A stretch of DNA of 54,948 nucleotides, taken from assembly GCA_041234785.1 (NCBI GenBank), contig JBEROH010000002.1, forward strand, positions 1-54,948, given 5' to 3'. Positions 9,667 to 18,347 of the stretch are shown here, piece by piece (position 1 is the first letter of the stretch; the number at the start of each line of letters is the position of its first letter). The notes under the pieces are model-generated. The model saw only the letters and a list, made by a program, of their open reading frames with translations. It did no database searches and was not told where the DNA came from. The DNA comes from Candidatus Actinomarina sp. GTDB taxonomy: Bacteria > Actinomycetota > Acidimicrobiia > Actinomarinales > Actinomarinaceae. The position numbers and the translations under genes are program-made.

Positions 9667-9772
9667 ATATAAAATATATCATAATTTTAAATATACATAT
9701 AATTTTTTTTAAATTTTTTTTAAAAAAAATTGTTTTTTTATAATCAATAACAATTGCTGATATTATTAAAAG

Positions 9773-10564
9773 ATGAAAAATATAGACATCCATATAGTTG
9801 GGCTGGGAAATTTAGGTACGGCTTTTCTAGATGCTTTAATAAGCCAATCTTTTAAACTCTATCTTTATGAACAAGATTTAAATTTAAAAGATAAAATTTA
9901 TAAAAAATATAAATTACCCGTAAATGAAAATTTAAATCATATTGAATCTGGAGTGTTGATTTTGTGTATTAAGCCACAAAATGTAATCTCATTTCTAAAA
10001 AATACTAAAGATTTTATTTCTGAGGAAGTTCTTATTTGTTCACCGGTAGCAGGTTTACAGATTTCTACACTTAATGAACATTTAAAAAATAAAGTGATAC
10101 GTATAATGCCAAATCTATTAATCAGGAATAAAAATGGATTCATACCTTACTGTAAAAATTATTCAGACGATTATCTTGGTTTTGAAAATTCCTTATTGTC
10201 GACCTTGGGAAAAATAAAGGAATACGAAGAAAATCATTTCCCGCTTATAACAGCTCTATCTGGTAGTGGACCTGCATGGTTTTATGAATTAGCAAATCAG
10301 TTGGTTGTAGCAGGAGCTAAACATGGCTTAGATCCTGTAGATGCAGAATTCATTGTTAAAGAGTTGGTTAAATCTCTCCCTAACTTAGTTAGTAAAGACG
10401 AATCTTTTCATGATTTAGTAACGAAAGTTAAATCTCCAAATGGTACGACTGAAGCCGGATTAAATTCGCTAAAACAAGCTTCGTTTGATACAATAATTCA
10501 CAATGCTATTGAAAAAGCAAGTCAAAGATCTGTAGAGATATCAAAAGATTTAGAGAATGAATAA
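9773..10564 (+). CDS. proC: pyrroline-5-carboxylate reductase
   Basis: N-terminal Rossmann motif (IVGLGNLG), SGSGPAW, and the C-terminal SPNGTTEAGL motif typical of ProC. Confidence 0.85.
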   Translation: MKNIDIHIVGLGNLGTAFLDALISQSFKLYLYEQDLNLKDKIYKKYKLPVNENLNHIESGVLILCIKPQNVISFLKNTKDFISEEVLICSPVAGLQISTLNEHLKNKVIRIMPNLLIRNKNGFIPYCKNYSDDYLGFENSLLSTLGKIKEYEENHFPLITALSGSGPAWFYELANQLVVAGAKHGLDPVDAEFIVKELVKSLPNLVSKDESFHDLVTKVKSPNGTTEAGLNSLKQASFDTIIHNAIEKASQRSVEISKDLENE

Positions 10565-12716
10565 ATTTATTAAAAAGTATAAAGCAAATGATTACGTTTT
10601 ATTGTTTTCTGCCGGCGCAGCATTAGGTACATTATTTTTGTGGGGTGCTAGCTATATTTATCCTGAAGGTGAAATAATAAACGGAAGAAGGGTTTTTGAA
10701 AACATTCCAAAATCAATCCAGTATGTTTTCTATGTTCTAAGTTCAGCCTTTATTTATATTTCTGGGTATTTATTTTCATTAAGGGTTAAAAACTGGACAC
10801 GAGGTAAAGCTGAAAAGCGTAATACTAAAACTTCTGAAAAAATTAAAAACTTGTTTGATGGATTGACTATGAAAACTGTTCTGAGGTTTAAAAGTGCAGG
10901 ACTAATGCACTCTCTTATTTATATTGGATTTTTGGGACTGTTTGCAGGTACAGTCACTCTTGAAATCCACCATCTTCTTCCTCCTTCATTAAAGTTCCTC
11001 CAAGGCACAACTTATATTGTGTATTCATTTTTGTTGGAATTAGCCACTATTTCTTTTTTAGTAGGTTTGTTTTGGGCTCTGATTAGACGTATTACTGGTT
11101 CAGAGTACAGAATTAAAACAAAAACTTCCCTAGACGATTACTTAACACTTTCATTGTTAATCTTTTTAGGAATCTCTGGTATTACGACAGAAGCTGGGAG
11201 GATAGCTTTAGAAAATTTTCCAGATTATGAAAAATGGTCATTTATTGGATATCGAGTTGCAGAAATGCTTTCATTAAATAATCCAGAAACTTTTCATAGG
11301 ATATCTTGGATTCTTCATGTAGTTAGTTTCTTTATATTTTTAGTCTCTCTTCCGTTAACAAAATTAAGACATATTTTTACTTCCCCTATAAATATGTTTT
11401 TTTCTCCAAAAGACAGACCCAAAGGGGCAATGAGTTTTATCGGCAATTTATTAGAAGCTGAAGATATAGATAATGTGGGATCTGAGATTATCGATCATTT
11501 TACGTGGAAGCAGTTAATGGATCTAGATGCTTGTACTGTTTGTGGCAGATGTACCTCAGTTTGTCCTGCTAATCAAACGGGGAAATCTTTAGACCCAAGA
11601 GAAATAATATTAAAGATAGGGCAAGTTATGTCTGAATCTGGTGAGCCACCAGTTTCAGCAACAATTACAACACCGGGCCCATTAAGAGTCAACTCATCAA
11701 ACGTTTTTGAACGTATAACATCAGAAGAAGTTTGGGCATGTACTTCATGTAAAGCATGTGATGAAATTTGCCCGGTGAACATTGAAATTCTTGACAAAAT
11801 ATTAGACATGAGAAGACATCTAGCGCTCATGGAGTCTGATTTTCCTTCTGAGCTTGGAAAAGCATATGTAGCAATGGAGAATTCTTCCAATCCATGGGGT
11901 GCTTCACAAAATGACCGACTAAAGTGGGCTAGCGATCTTGACTTTGATATACCGATAATAGATGATTCTAATTTTGAACAGTATGACTATCTTTACTGGG
12001 TTGGTTGTGCCGGTGCCTTTGACGACAGAAATGTTCCCGTAACCAAAGCAGTTGCAACTTTATTAAAAAGAGCAGGTGTTTCATTTGCTGTTCTTGGTCC
12101 AAAAGAAGTCTGTACTGGAGATTCAGCAAGGAGAACAGGAAATGAATTTATATTTCAACAATTAGCAATTCAAAATATTGAAAATATGAACAATTTAAAA
12201 GTTGAGAAAATTATTACACAATGTCCTCACTGTTTTAACACAATTGCAAATGAATACCCACAATTTGGTGGTAACTATGAAGTAATTCATCATAGTCAAC
12301 TCTTAACAGAACTTGTACAATCAGGACGAATTGAAGTAGGCAATAGTGATAAGCCTCATAAAATTACTTATCATGATTCATGTTATTTGGGTAGACATAA
12401 TGATATTTATACAGCACCTAGAGAAATTGTTGGCTCTATTGGTGGTATTGAAATTAGAGAAATGAAAAGACAGGGAACTGAGAGTTTTTGCTGTGGTGCT
12501 GGTGGTGGACGCATGTGGATGGAAGAATCAACCGGAAAAAAAATTAATATAGAGCGTTCTCAAGAAGCGATTGATACAGGTGCTGATGAGGTTGCTGTTG
12601 CTTGTCCTTTTTGTTATATCATGATGGATGATGGAGTAAAAGAATTAGGCTATGGTGATAAAGTTAAAGTTAGAGATGTTTCATTAATTCTGTTAGATAA
12701 TTTAAAAAAAGATTAG
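10557..12716 (+). CDS. membrane-anchored Fe-S reductase (NarI/HdrE-like b-cytochrome domain fused to an HdrD/GlpC-like domain)
   Basis: N-terminal 5-6 TM region with conserved His residues. Two 4Fe-4S ferredoxin motifs (CTVCGRCTSVCP, CTSCKACDEICP). Two C-terminal cysteine-rich CCG-type repeats (GCAG...C, CCGAGGG). Confidence 0.75.
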   Translation: MNKFIKKYKANDYVLLFSAGAALGTLFLWGASYIYPEGEIINGRRVFENIPKSIQYVFYVLSSAFIYISGYLFSLRVKNWTRGKAEKRNTKTSEKIKNLFDGLTMKTVLRFKSAGLMHSLIYIGFLGLFAGTVTLEIHHLLPPSLKFLQGTTYIVYSFLLELATISFLVGLFWALIRRITGSEYRIKTKTSLDDYLTLSLLIFLGISGITTEAGRIALENFPDYEKWSFIGYRVAEMLSLNNPETFHRISWILHVVSFFIFLVSLPLTKLRHIFTSPINMFFSPKDRPKGAMSFIGNLLEAEDIDNVGSEIIDHFTWKQLMDLDACTVCGRCTSVCPANQTGKSLDPREIILKIGQVMSESGEPPVSATITTPGPLRVNSSNVFERITSEEVWACTSCKACDEICPVNIEILDKILDMRRHLALMESDFPSELGKAYVAMENSSNPWGASQNDRLKWASDLDFDIPIIDDSNFEQYDYLYWVGCAGAFDDRNVPVTKAVATLLKRAGVSFAVLGPKEVCTGDSARRTGNEFIFQQLAIQNIENMNNLKVEKIITQCPHCFNTIANEYPQFGGNYEVIHHSQLLTELVQSGRIEVGNSDKPHKITYHDSCYLGRHNDIYTAPREIVGSIGGIEIREMKRQGTESFCCGAGGGRMWMEESTGKKINIERSQEAIDTGADEVAVACPFCYIMMDDGVKELGYGDKVKVRDVSLILLDNLKKD

Positions 12717-13030
12717 ATATTTTTACCCATAAAAAATTTTTTTAAATCTCCCTTAGACTGCCTAATGCTAAAAATTACATAAGCAGCAGTTGTAAAGTTA
12801 CCAAGAATTAATACAAAAAAAATCCAAATAATAGAGCTTGTTATTTTTTCCTTATAAAAAATCCAAAGACTAAATAGTACAAAACCGGAATATAGATCTA
12901 CTAACGAGACAACTCCCCAGGGTAATTTTGGAATGGGGGAATCAAAAATAGAAACTTTGCTTTGAGCCCAAAGTATTACCGATGCCATCGAAATGATTAT
13001 GAAGTATGAAATTAATTTTGTTATAGTCAT
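12713..13030 (-). CDS. small membrane protein (3 TM)
   Basis: Hydrophobic 105-aa ORF. Its stop overlaps the convergent Fe-S reductase stop (TTAG). Confidence 0.35.
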   Translation of the reverse strand: MTITKLISYFIIISMASVILWAQSKVSIFDSPIPKLPWGVVSLVDLYSGFVLFSLWIFYKEKITSSIIWIFFVLILGNFTTAAYVIFSIRQSKGDLKKFFMGKNI

Positions 13031-13060
13031 TAAGTAGATTTTAATTGAGAAATAAATAAG

Positions 13061-13681
13061 ATGGAAGATAAAAAAATAATAACAAGAATTTTAAAGCTTG
13101 ATAAAGATATTTACAATGAACTTTTGGTTATACCGAATTCACTTCAAAGGTCTTTAGCAATTTTTGTTACCACATCAGTTTTGGTTACCCTAAGTATTCA
13201 TAAATTTTTTGGCAATGTAATAAAATTTTTTGAAGATAATATTCCTATTTTAAGTGAAGTAACACCTAAAGAAGAGTTAGATATAATTAGGCTTTTAATT
13301 GAAGATTTAAAGTTATTTTATAGTGAAACAAGCTCCATATCAGTTTTAACAACTAATGTATTAACCTCTATTACATCTTCAGCGATTGGCACATTCATAG
13401 TTTTTTTTATTTTGAAATATTTGTTTAGAAAAGAACCTAGTTTTCGTAATATTGTAATAATTTTCTGCTTCTCCAGCATTCCTGGGTTCTTAAGTCTGCC
13501 AATACTTTTTTTATCAAGTTTATTTCTTCAAGGTATAATTCTTGTTTTTATTTCAATTTACTCATTTATTACATTTGGTTCTGGAATGAAGCAAGTTTAT
13601 ATGTTAAGAAATATTGAAGTAATTTTATTAATCGTAGCAATTACATTTGGCTCATCATTACTTAGTTCTTTTCAGTTATGA
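13061..13681 (+). CDS. multi-pass membrane protein (Yip1-like topology)
   Basis: Soluble N-terminus followed by 4-5 TM helices. ATGA overlap with the downstream gene. Confidence 0.35.
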   Translation: MEDKKIITRILKLDKDIYNELLVIPNSLQRSLAIFVTTSVLVTLSIHKFFGNVIKFFEDNIPILSEVTPKEELDIIRLLIEDLKLFYSETSSISVLTTNVLTSITSSAIGTFIVFFILKYLFRKEPSFRNIVIIFCFSSIPGFLSLPILFLSSLFLQGIILVFISIYSFITFGSGMKQVYMLRNIEVILLIVAITFGSSLLSSFQL

Positions 13682-14274
13682 ATGCTGCTGTAATTTTAGC
13701 TGCTGGAGATTCGAGTAGATTAGGTTTTCCAAAGCAACTAGCAGAAGTAAGGGAAAAACCAATTCTTCAAACCGTTATAGACACAATAAATAAAAACTTT
13801 TTACACTCTTCTGTCGTATTGGGGTCAGAAAATGAAGTAATTACTGAAAAAATTGATTTTGAAAATTCAACAATATTAATTAACGAAAATTGGTCTGAAG
13901 GCATTGTTTCTTCTATAAGAACTGCATTGTTTTTTTATCAAAATCAGAAGGAAATAGATGGTTTAATATTTTTTTTAGGAGATCAACCAGAAGTTAAAAG
14001 TGAGGTTATTCAAAAAATCTTAGAAGAGAAAAATGATGGAACATTTATATTACTCCCTCAATATAGATACAAACTTGGATTTCCAATTTTAATTCCTAGG
14101 ATGTTTTGGACCAAATTAGAATTATTAACTCAGGATGATATTTTTGAAAATGAACCTTCAGTGTTTCAAGATTTTGACTTAATTGACTATTTAACCTCTT
14201 CAGAAATAAAAACAAAAAAAATAAATTTTAATTTTATAGGCCCTAAAGATTACGATGAAGAAAAAGATTTTTAG
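13678..14274 (+). CDS. MobA/MocA-like nucleotidyltransferase
   Basis: N-terminal AAVILAAGDSSRLGFPKQL nucleotide-binding motif of the MobA-like NTP-transferase family, with a later LGDQP motif. Length is 198 aa. Confidence 0.6.
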   Translation: MNAAVILAAGDSSRLGFPKQLAEVREKPILQTVIDTINKNFLHSSVVLGSENEVITEKIDFENSTILINENWSEGIVSSIRTALFFYQNQKEIDGLIFFLGDQPEVKSEVIQKILEEKNDGTFILLPQYRYKLGFPILIPRMFWTKLELLTQDDIFENEPSVFQDFDLIDYLTSSEIKTKKINFNFIGPKDYDEEKDF

Positions 14275-14335
14275 AGTGGGAAAAACTTTTATAAAAAAAC
14301 ATTTTTTATCTAATATTTTTTGTAAAATTTAAAAC

Positions 14336-14740
14336 ATGAATTCAATTGACTCAATAAATGGCATGACCCATACAGAGGCAACTAAATTAAGAAGAGCAAG
14401 AGTCAGAACAACAACTACCTTTTTACAAATAGCGTCTTCAAGATCTGGTAGAGCTCTTTTAACAAAAGAAACTGGAATTAGCTCTCCAAAATTACTGCAT
14501 TGGGCCAGAAGAGCTGAGTTAATGAAAATCAAGAATTTAGGAAGAGATTATGCTGACCTACTAGAAGCTGTTGGAGTTGAAAGTGTTTCAGAGTTAAAAA
14601 GAAGAAATCCAGAATCACTGCATGAGATTATGTATAAAGTCAATGATAAGAAAAATATTGTTGATAGAATGCCTTCTTTAAAAAGAGTTACTAGTTGGAT
14701 TGAAGATTCTAAGGATATAGAAATTAAGGTTTCTTCATAA
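14336..14740 (+). CDS. DUF4332-like helix-hairpin-helix protein
   Basis: The pattern IKNLGRDYADLLEAVGVESVSELKRRNPESL resembles DUF4332 proteins. Assignment is from memory only. Confidence 0.45.
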   Translation: MNSIDSINGMTHTEATKLRRARVRTTTTFLQIASSRSGRALLTKETGISSPKLLHWARRAELMKIKNLGRDYADLLEAVGVESVSELKRRNPESLHEIMYKVNDKKNIVDRMPSLKRVTSWIEDSKDIEIKVSS

Positions 14741-14766
14741 CAAATCATTTTATCTATCATTAATTT

Positions 14767-16473
14767 GTGGACAGAAAAACTATAAGAATTACTGGAGCAC
14801 AACTATCTTTTCCAGTTGGGGCAATTCAGCAAAACAAAAGTACAATTCTAAATTGCATTGAAATAGCTGAGCAGGTTGAGTCTGATATAGTAATATTTCC
14901 CGAATTGGCACTAACGGGATATCCACCTGAAGATCTTTTACTTAGAGAAAGTTTTGTTGGTAAAAATTTTGCAGTCTTGGAGGAGCTTGCAGAGTTTTCA
15001 TCTTCTACAAGTGCAATTATTGGATTTGTTGATAGAAATTTAGTCGAAAACAAAGTAGATAAGTATACAAGAGGAATAGCTAATGCAGCAGCAGTTATAC
15101 AAAATGGGGATGTTAAAGGCATATACCATAAATGTTTTTTACCAAATTATTCAGTATTCGACGAAGCACGTTATTTTGCTAAAGGAAATAAACCTGAGAG
15201 TTTATTTTGGTATGAAGAGGTCGCAGTTGGAATAAATATTTGTGAAGATATTTGGGTAGAAAATGGTCCTTCTTTAAATCAAGTAAAAAATGGGGCGTCT
15301 CTAATTGTTAACATAAATGCCTCTCCTTTTGATATTAATAAATCTGAATCTAGAAAAAAAATTGTAGTTGAAAGGGCAAAATCTCTTAAAGTCCCAATTG
15401 TATATTTAAACATGGTTGGTGGACAAGACGAACTAGTTTTTGACGGAGGATCATTTGTGGTCAATAAAAACGGTGAAATAATTCATCAGTCTCCACAATT
15501 TGAAGAAGAAATATTTCACTTAGATATTGAAGTTGAAATTAATCAAATAAATGAAAAATCTAATCTCAAGCTAAGAGATAAAAAATTAGTTTTAAAAAAG
15601 AATAAATTCTCCGATGCACTTTCAAAAGAAGAGTCTATATATAAAGCACTAAAATTAGGATTATTCGATTATGTGACTAAGAATAAATTTAAAAAAGTAC
15701 TCATAGGATTATCTGGTGGTATTGATTCGGCCTTAACTGCAACAATTGCTGTTGACGCACTTGGTAATGAGAATGTAATAGGTGTTGCAATGCCCTCAAA
15801 ATATAATTCAAATGATTCGTTAATAGATGCAAAACAATTAGCTGAAAATTTAAACATTGAATTTAAAATTATAGAAATAGAAAACTTGGTTGATGGCTTC
15901 AGAGAAAAAGTAAGCTTAAATATTCAAGATCAACTTAGTCAAACAACTGATGAAAATTTACAGTCTAGAGTTAGGGGTAATCTGTTAATGGCATTATCAA
16001 ACCAAACTGGAGCGATGGTTCTTTCAACAGGAAACAAGTCAGAAATGGCAGTTGGGTATTCTACTTTATATGGAGACTTAGCAGGTGGCTTTGCTTTACT
16101 AAAAGATTTGTATAAAACTGAAGTTTATAAACTTTCAAATTTTAGAAATCAATTATCAAATGTAATTCCAAAAAACAGTATTGAAAAAGAGCCTAGTGCT
16201 GAGTTAAGGCCTAACCAACTAGACAAGGATTCACTACCGGAGTATCCATTGTTAGATAAAATATTGCAAATGTATATTGAACAAGATTTATCGTCAGAAA
16301 AAATAATTTCTTCAGGAATAGATTCTGATATTGTATATGACGTTTTAGAGAAAGTAGATAAAAATGAATACAAAAGAAAACAAGTTTCACCAGGTGTAAA
16401 GTTAACTGAGAAGGCATTTGGAAAAGACAGGAGAATGCCTATAACAAATACTTACATAAGAGAAAGAAATTAA
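14767..16473 (+). CDS. nadE: glutamine-dependent NAD+ synthetase
   Basis: N-terminal CN-hydrolase domain (FPELALTGYPPEDL, catalytic-Cys region NICEDIW). C-terminal NAD synthetase domain with the SGGIDS PP-loop. GTG start. Confidence 0.9.
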   Translation: MDRKTIRITGAQLSFPVGAIQQNKSTILNCIEIAEQVESDIVIFPELALTGYPPEDLLLRESFVGKNFAVLEELAEFSSSTSAIIGFVDRNLVENKVDKYTRGIANAAAVIQNGDVKGIYHKCFLPNYSVFDEARYFAKGNKPESLFWYEEVAVGINICEDIWVENGPSLNQVKNGASLIVNINASPFDINKSESRKKIVVERAKSLKVPIVYLNMVGGQDELVFDGGSFVVNKNGEIIHQSPQFEEEIFHLDIEVEINQINEKSNLKLRDKKLVLKKNKFSDALSKEESIYKALKLGLFDYVTKNKFKKVLIGLSGGIDSALTATIAVDALGNENVIGVAMPSKYNSNDSLIDAKQLAENLNIEFKIIEIENLVDGFREKVSLNIQDQLSQTTDENLQSRVRGNLLMALSNQTGAMVLSTGNKSEMAVGYSTLYGDLAGGFALLKDLYKTEVYKLSNFRNQLSNVIPKNSIEKEPSAELRPNQLDKDSLPEYPLLDKILQMYIEQDLSSEKIISSGIDSDIVYDVLEKVDKNEYKRKQVSPGVKLTEKAFGKDRRMPITNTYIRERN

Positions 16474-16477
16474 AAAT

Positions 16478-17326
16478 TTGTATTTAGTAAACGGCACTGA
16501 AGTAGAAAAAGTTAATTTTAATCTTCCTATAGAAAACTTAGCTGTATGGAGAGGAGATGGTGTATTCGAGGCTATTAAGCTTCACGATGGTTTCCCTTTT
16601 GGTTTAAACAGACACATTGAGAGATTAAAGGATTCTTGTAAAAAACAATACTTTAATGGTGTAAATTTTGAATTAGTAAAAAATTCTATTATTGAAATTT
16701 CATCAAAATATAAATCCGGATATGTAAGAGTATTAATTTTGAGAAACGACTCGGATGAAGGATTTGATATATTTTCTTTTTACCAAAACCCACAAGCTAT
16801 TCCTCCAGTTATTACCTTAGAATCTCAATTCGCCCCGTGGCATCCTGGTGGAGATTATGAAGTTTATCCTGACAGCCTAATTGGATCTAAATCAACTTCG
16901 TATGCATATAATGTAAGACAAACAAGAGAGGCTAATCAAAAAGGATATACTGACGCATTGCTGGTAAACAGTAAGCAAGTAATTTTAGAAGGCCCAACTT
17001 TTTCAATTGGTTGGATTGATGGGAATGAAGTTTTTGTTCCAGATTTAGGTTTAGGAATACTCAACTCAATTACTAGACAATATTTATTAAAGTTTGGAGA
17101 TGAAAAAAAACTGAAAGTTAATTGTGCAAGAATTACTCTTCAAGAAATATATAAAGTTGACTCTGTATTTATACTATCTACTGCAAAGCATGCAGTATTT
17201 GTGTCAAAAATAGATGACAATTTATATTCAGAATCTCCTGTTATTAAAGATATTCAAGAGTTATACAAACAAGAAGTATTATTAGAAAAAGCTAGATTCC
17301 AGGAGGTGATTAATGAGACTCACTGA
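16478..17326 (+). CDS. fold-type IV PLP-dependent enzyme (branched-chain/D-amino-acid aminotransferase or ADC-lyase family)
   Basis: 282 aa with family-typical blocks (WRGDGVFEAI, GLNRHIERL, ILEGPTFSIGWI). TTG start. Its 3' end overlaps the selD start. Confidence 0.7.
   Translation: MYLVNGTEVEKVNFNLPIENLAVWRGDGVFEAIKLHDGFPFGLNRHIERLKDSCKKQYFNGVNFELVKNSIIEISSKYKSGYVRVLILRNDSDEGFDIFSFYQNPQAIPPVITLESQFAPWHPGGDYEVYPDSLIGSKSTSYAYNVRQTREANQKGYTDALLVNSKQVILEGPTFSIGWIDGNEVFVPDLGLGILNSITRQYLLKFGDEKKLKVNCARITLQEIYKVDSVFILSTAKHAVFVSKIDDNLYSESPVIKDIQELYKQEVLLEKARFQEVINETH
17301..17306 (+). promoter_or_regulatory. Shine-Dalgarno (AGGAGG) for selD
   Basis: Perfect AGGAGG 6 nt upstream of the ATG at 17313. 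Confidence 0.6.
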
Positions 17327-18347
17327 GTATTCTCATGGTTCTGGTTGAGCTTGTAAACTCTCACAAGGAGAACTTGCTCAGGTACTGAAGCAATTAAAAC
17401 AACAAAAAATCGATAATCCAAACGTAATTGTTGGGTTAGATTCGCCAGACGACGGTGGTGTTATAAAAATTGGAGAAAATATTCAATTAATTCAAACAGT
17501 TGATTTTTTTAATCCAATATTAGACGATCCATATGATTGGGGTAGAGTTGCGGCTGCTAATGCATTATCTGATGTGTACGCAATGGGTGGATATCCTATA
17601 TCTGCTCTTCAATTGATAAGCTGGCCACGTTCAGATATTGGTTTTGATATATTATCAAAAGTGATTGAAGGTGGAGCCAAAGTAATGAAAGATGCAGGAT
17701 GCAACATTATTGGTGGTCATAGCATTGATGATAAAGAACCAAAGTATGGATTTGCAGTAACTGGAATTATAGAAGGAAAAATTTATACAAAAACTAATCT
17801 ACAAAAAGGCCAAAGGTTAATTTTAACTAAACCTCTAGGATCAGGAATTATTGCAACTGCAATAAAAAAAGGAATTGCTGATAGTGCCTCAATCAAAGAG
17901 ATAACAGAAGTTATGACTACATTAAACCACAATGCATTATCTATTGCTAAAGAATTACAAGCAGAGGCTATCACAGATATAACGGGTTTTGGTTTGTTGG
18001 GTCATTTAAGTGAAATGTTGATTGATGAAGAACTTTCAGCAACAATTTTATTGAATAGAGTTCCGATTTTAAGTTCTGCAAAAAAATATTTTAACAAAGG
18101 TATTTATCCATCTGGTAGTCAAAGAAATTTAGACTCAATTTTAAATCAAATTTCATTTGATAATTTGTCTTTAGATGAGATTAAGTACTTAGCAGATGCA
18201 CAAACAAGTGGAGGTCTTCTTTTCTCTATTGCGAGTGATTCGATGTTTAATGTCGAAGATATTAAAAAAAATTACAATGTTGATCTTTGGGAAATAGGTG
18301 AAATTACCTCAAGATATAACAAAAAAATAAATATCATTAATAATTAA
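17313..18347 (+). CDS. selD: selenide, water dikinase (selenophosphate synthetase), Sec-containing form; TGA at 17346-17348 read as selenocysteine
   Basis: The track ORF (17574-18347) is only the C-terminal part. The same frame from ATG 17313 reads MRLTEYSHGSG-TGA-ACKLSQGELAQVL...VGLDSPDDGGVIKIG...VDFFNPILDDPYDWGRVAAANALSDVYAMGG. This is the SelD N-terminal loop, with TGA at the catalytic Cys/Sec position. Confidence 0.9.
17346..17348 (+). other. UGA selenocysteine recoding site within selD
   Basis: In-frame TGA flanked by GSG and ACK, matching the G-x-G-(C/U)-x-x-K SelD motif. A tRNA-Sec gene is present in the same window. Confidence 0.85.

Noticed and set aside
9701-9740. A T-run/A-run palindrome (aattttttttaaatttttttttaaaaaaaattg), considered as a terminator or structured element.
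   Set aside because: It is pure A/T low complexity between divergently transcribed genes. It is more consistent with a promoter/UP-element-like region, and no G:C stem is present.
13678-14274. The MobA/MocA-like nucleotidyltransferase, considered as a marker of the Se-dependent molybdenum hydroxylase (YqeB/YqeC) trait.
   Set aside because: There are no xanthine-dehydrogenase-family, YqeB or YqeC genes nearby. It is about 3 kb and several unrelated genes from selD, so the link is too speculative.
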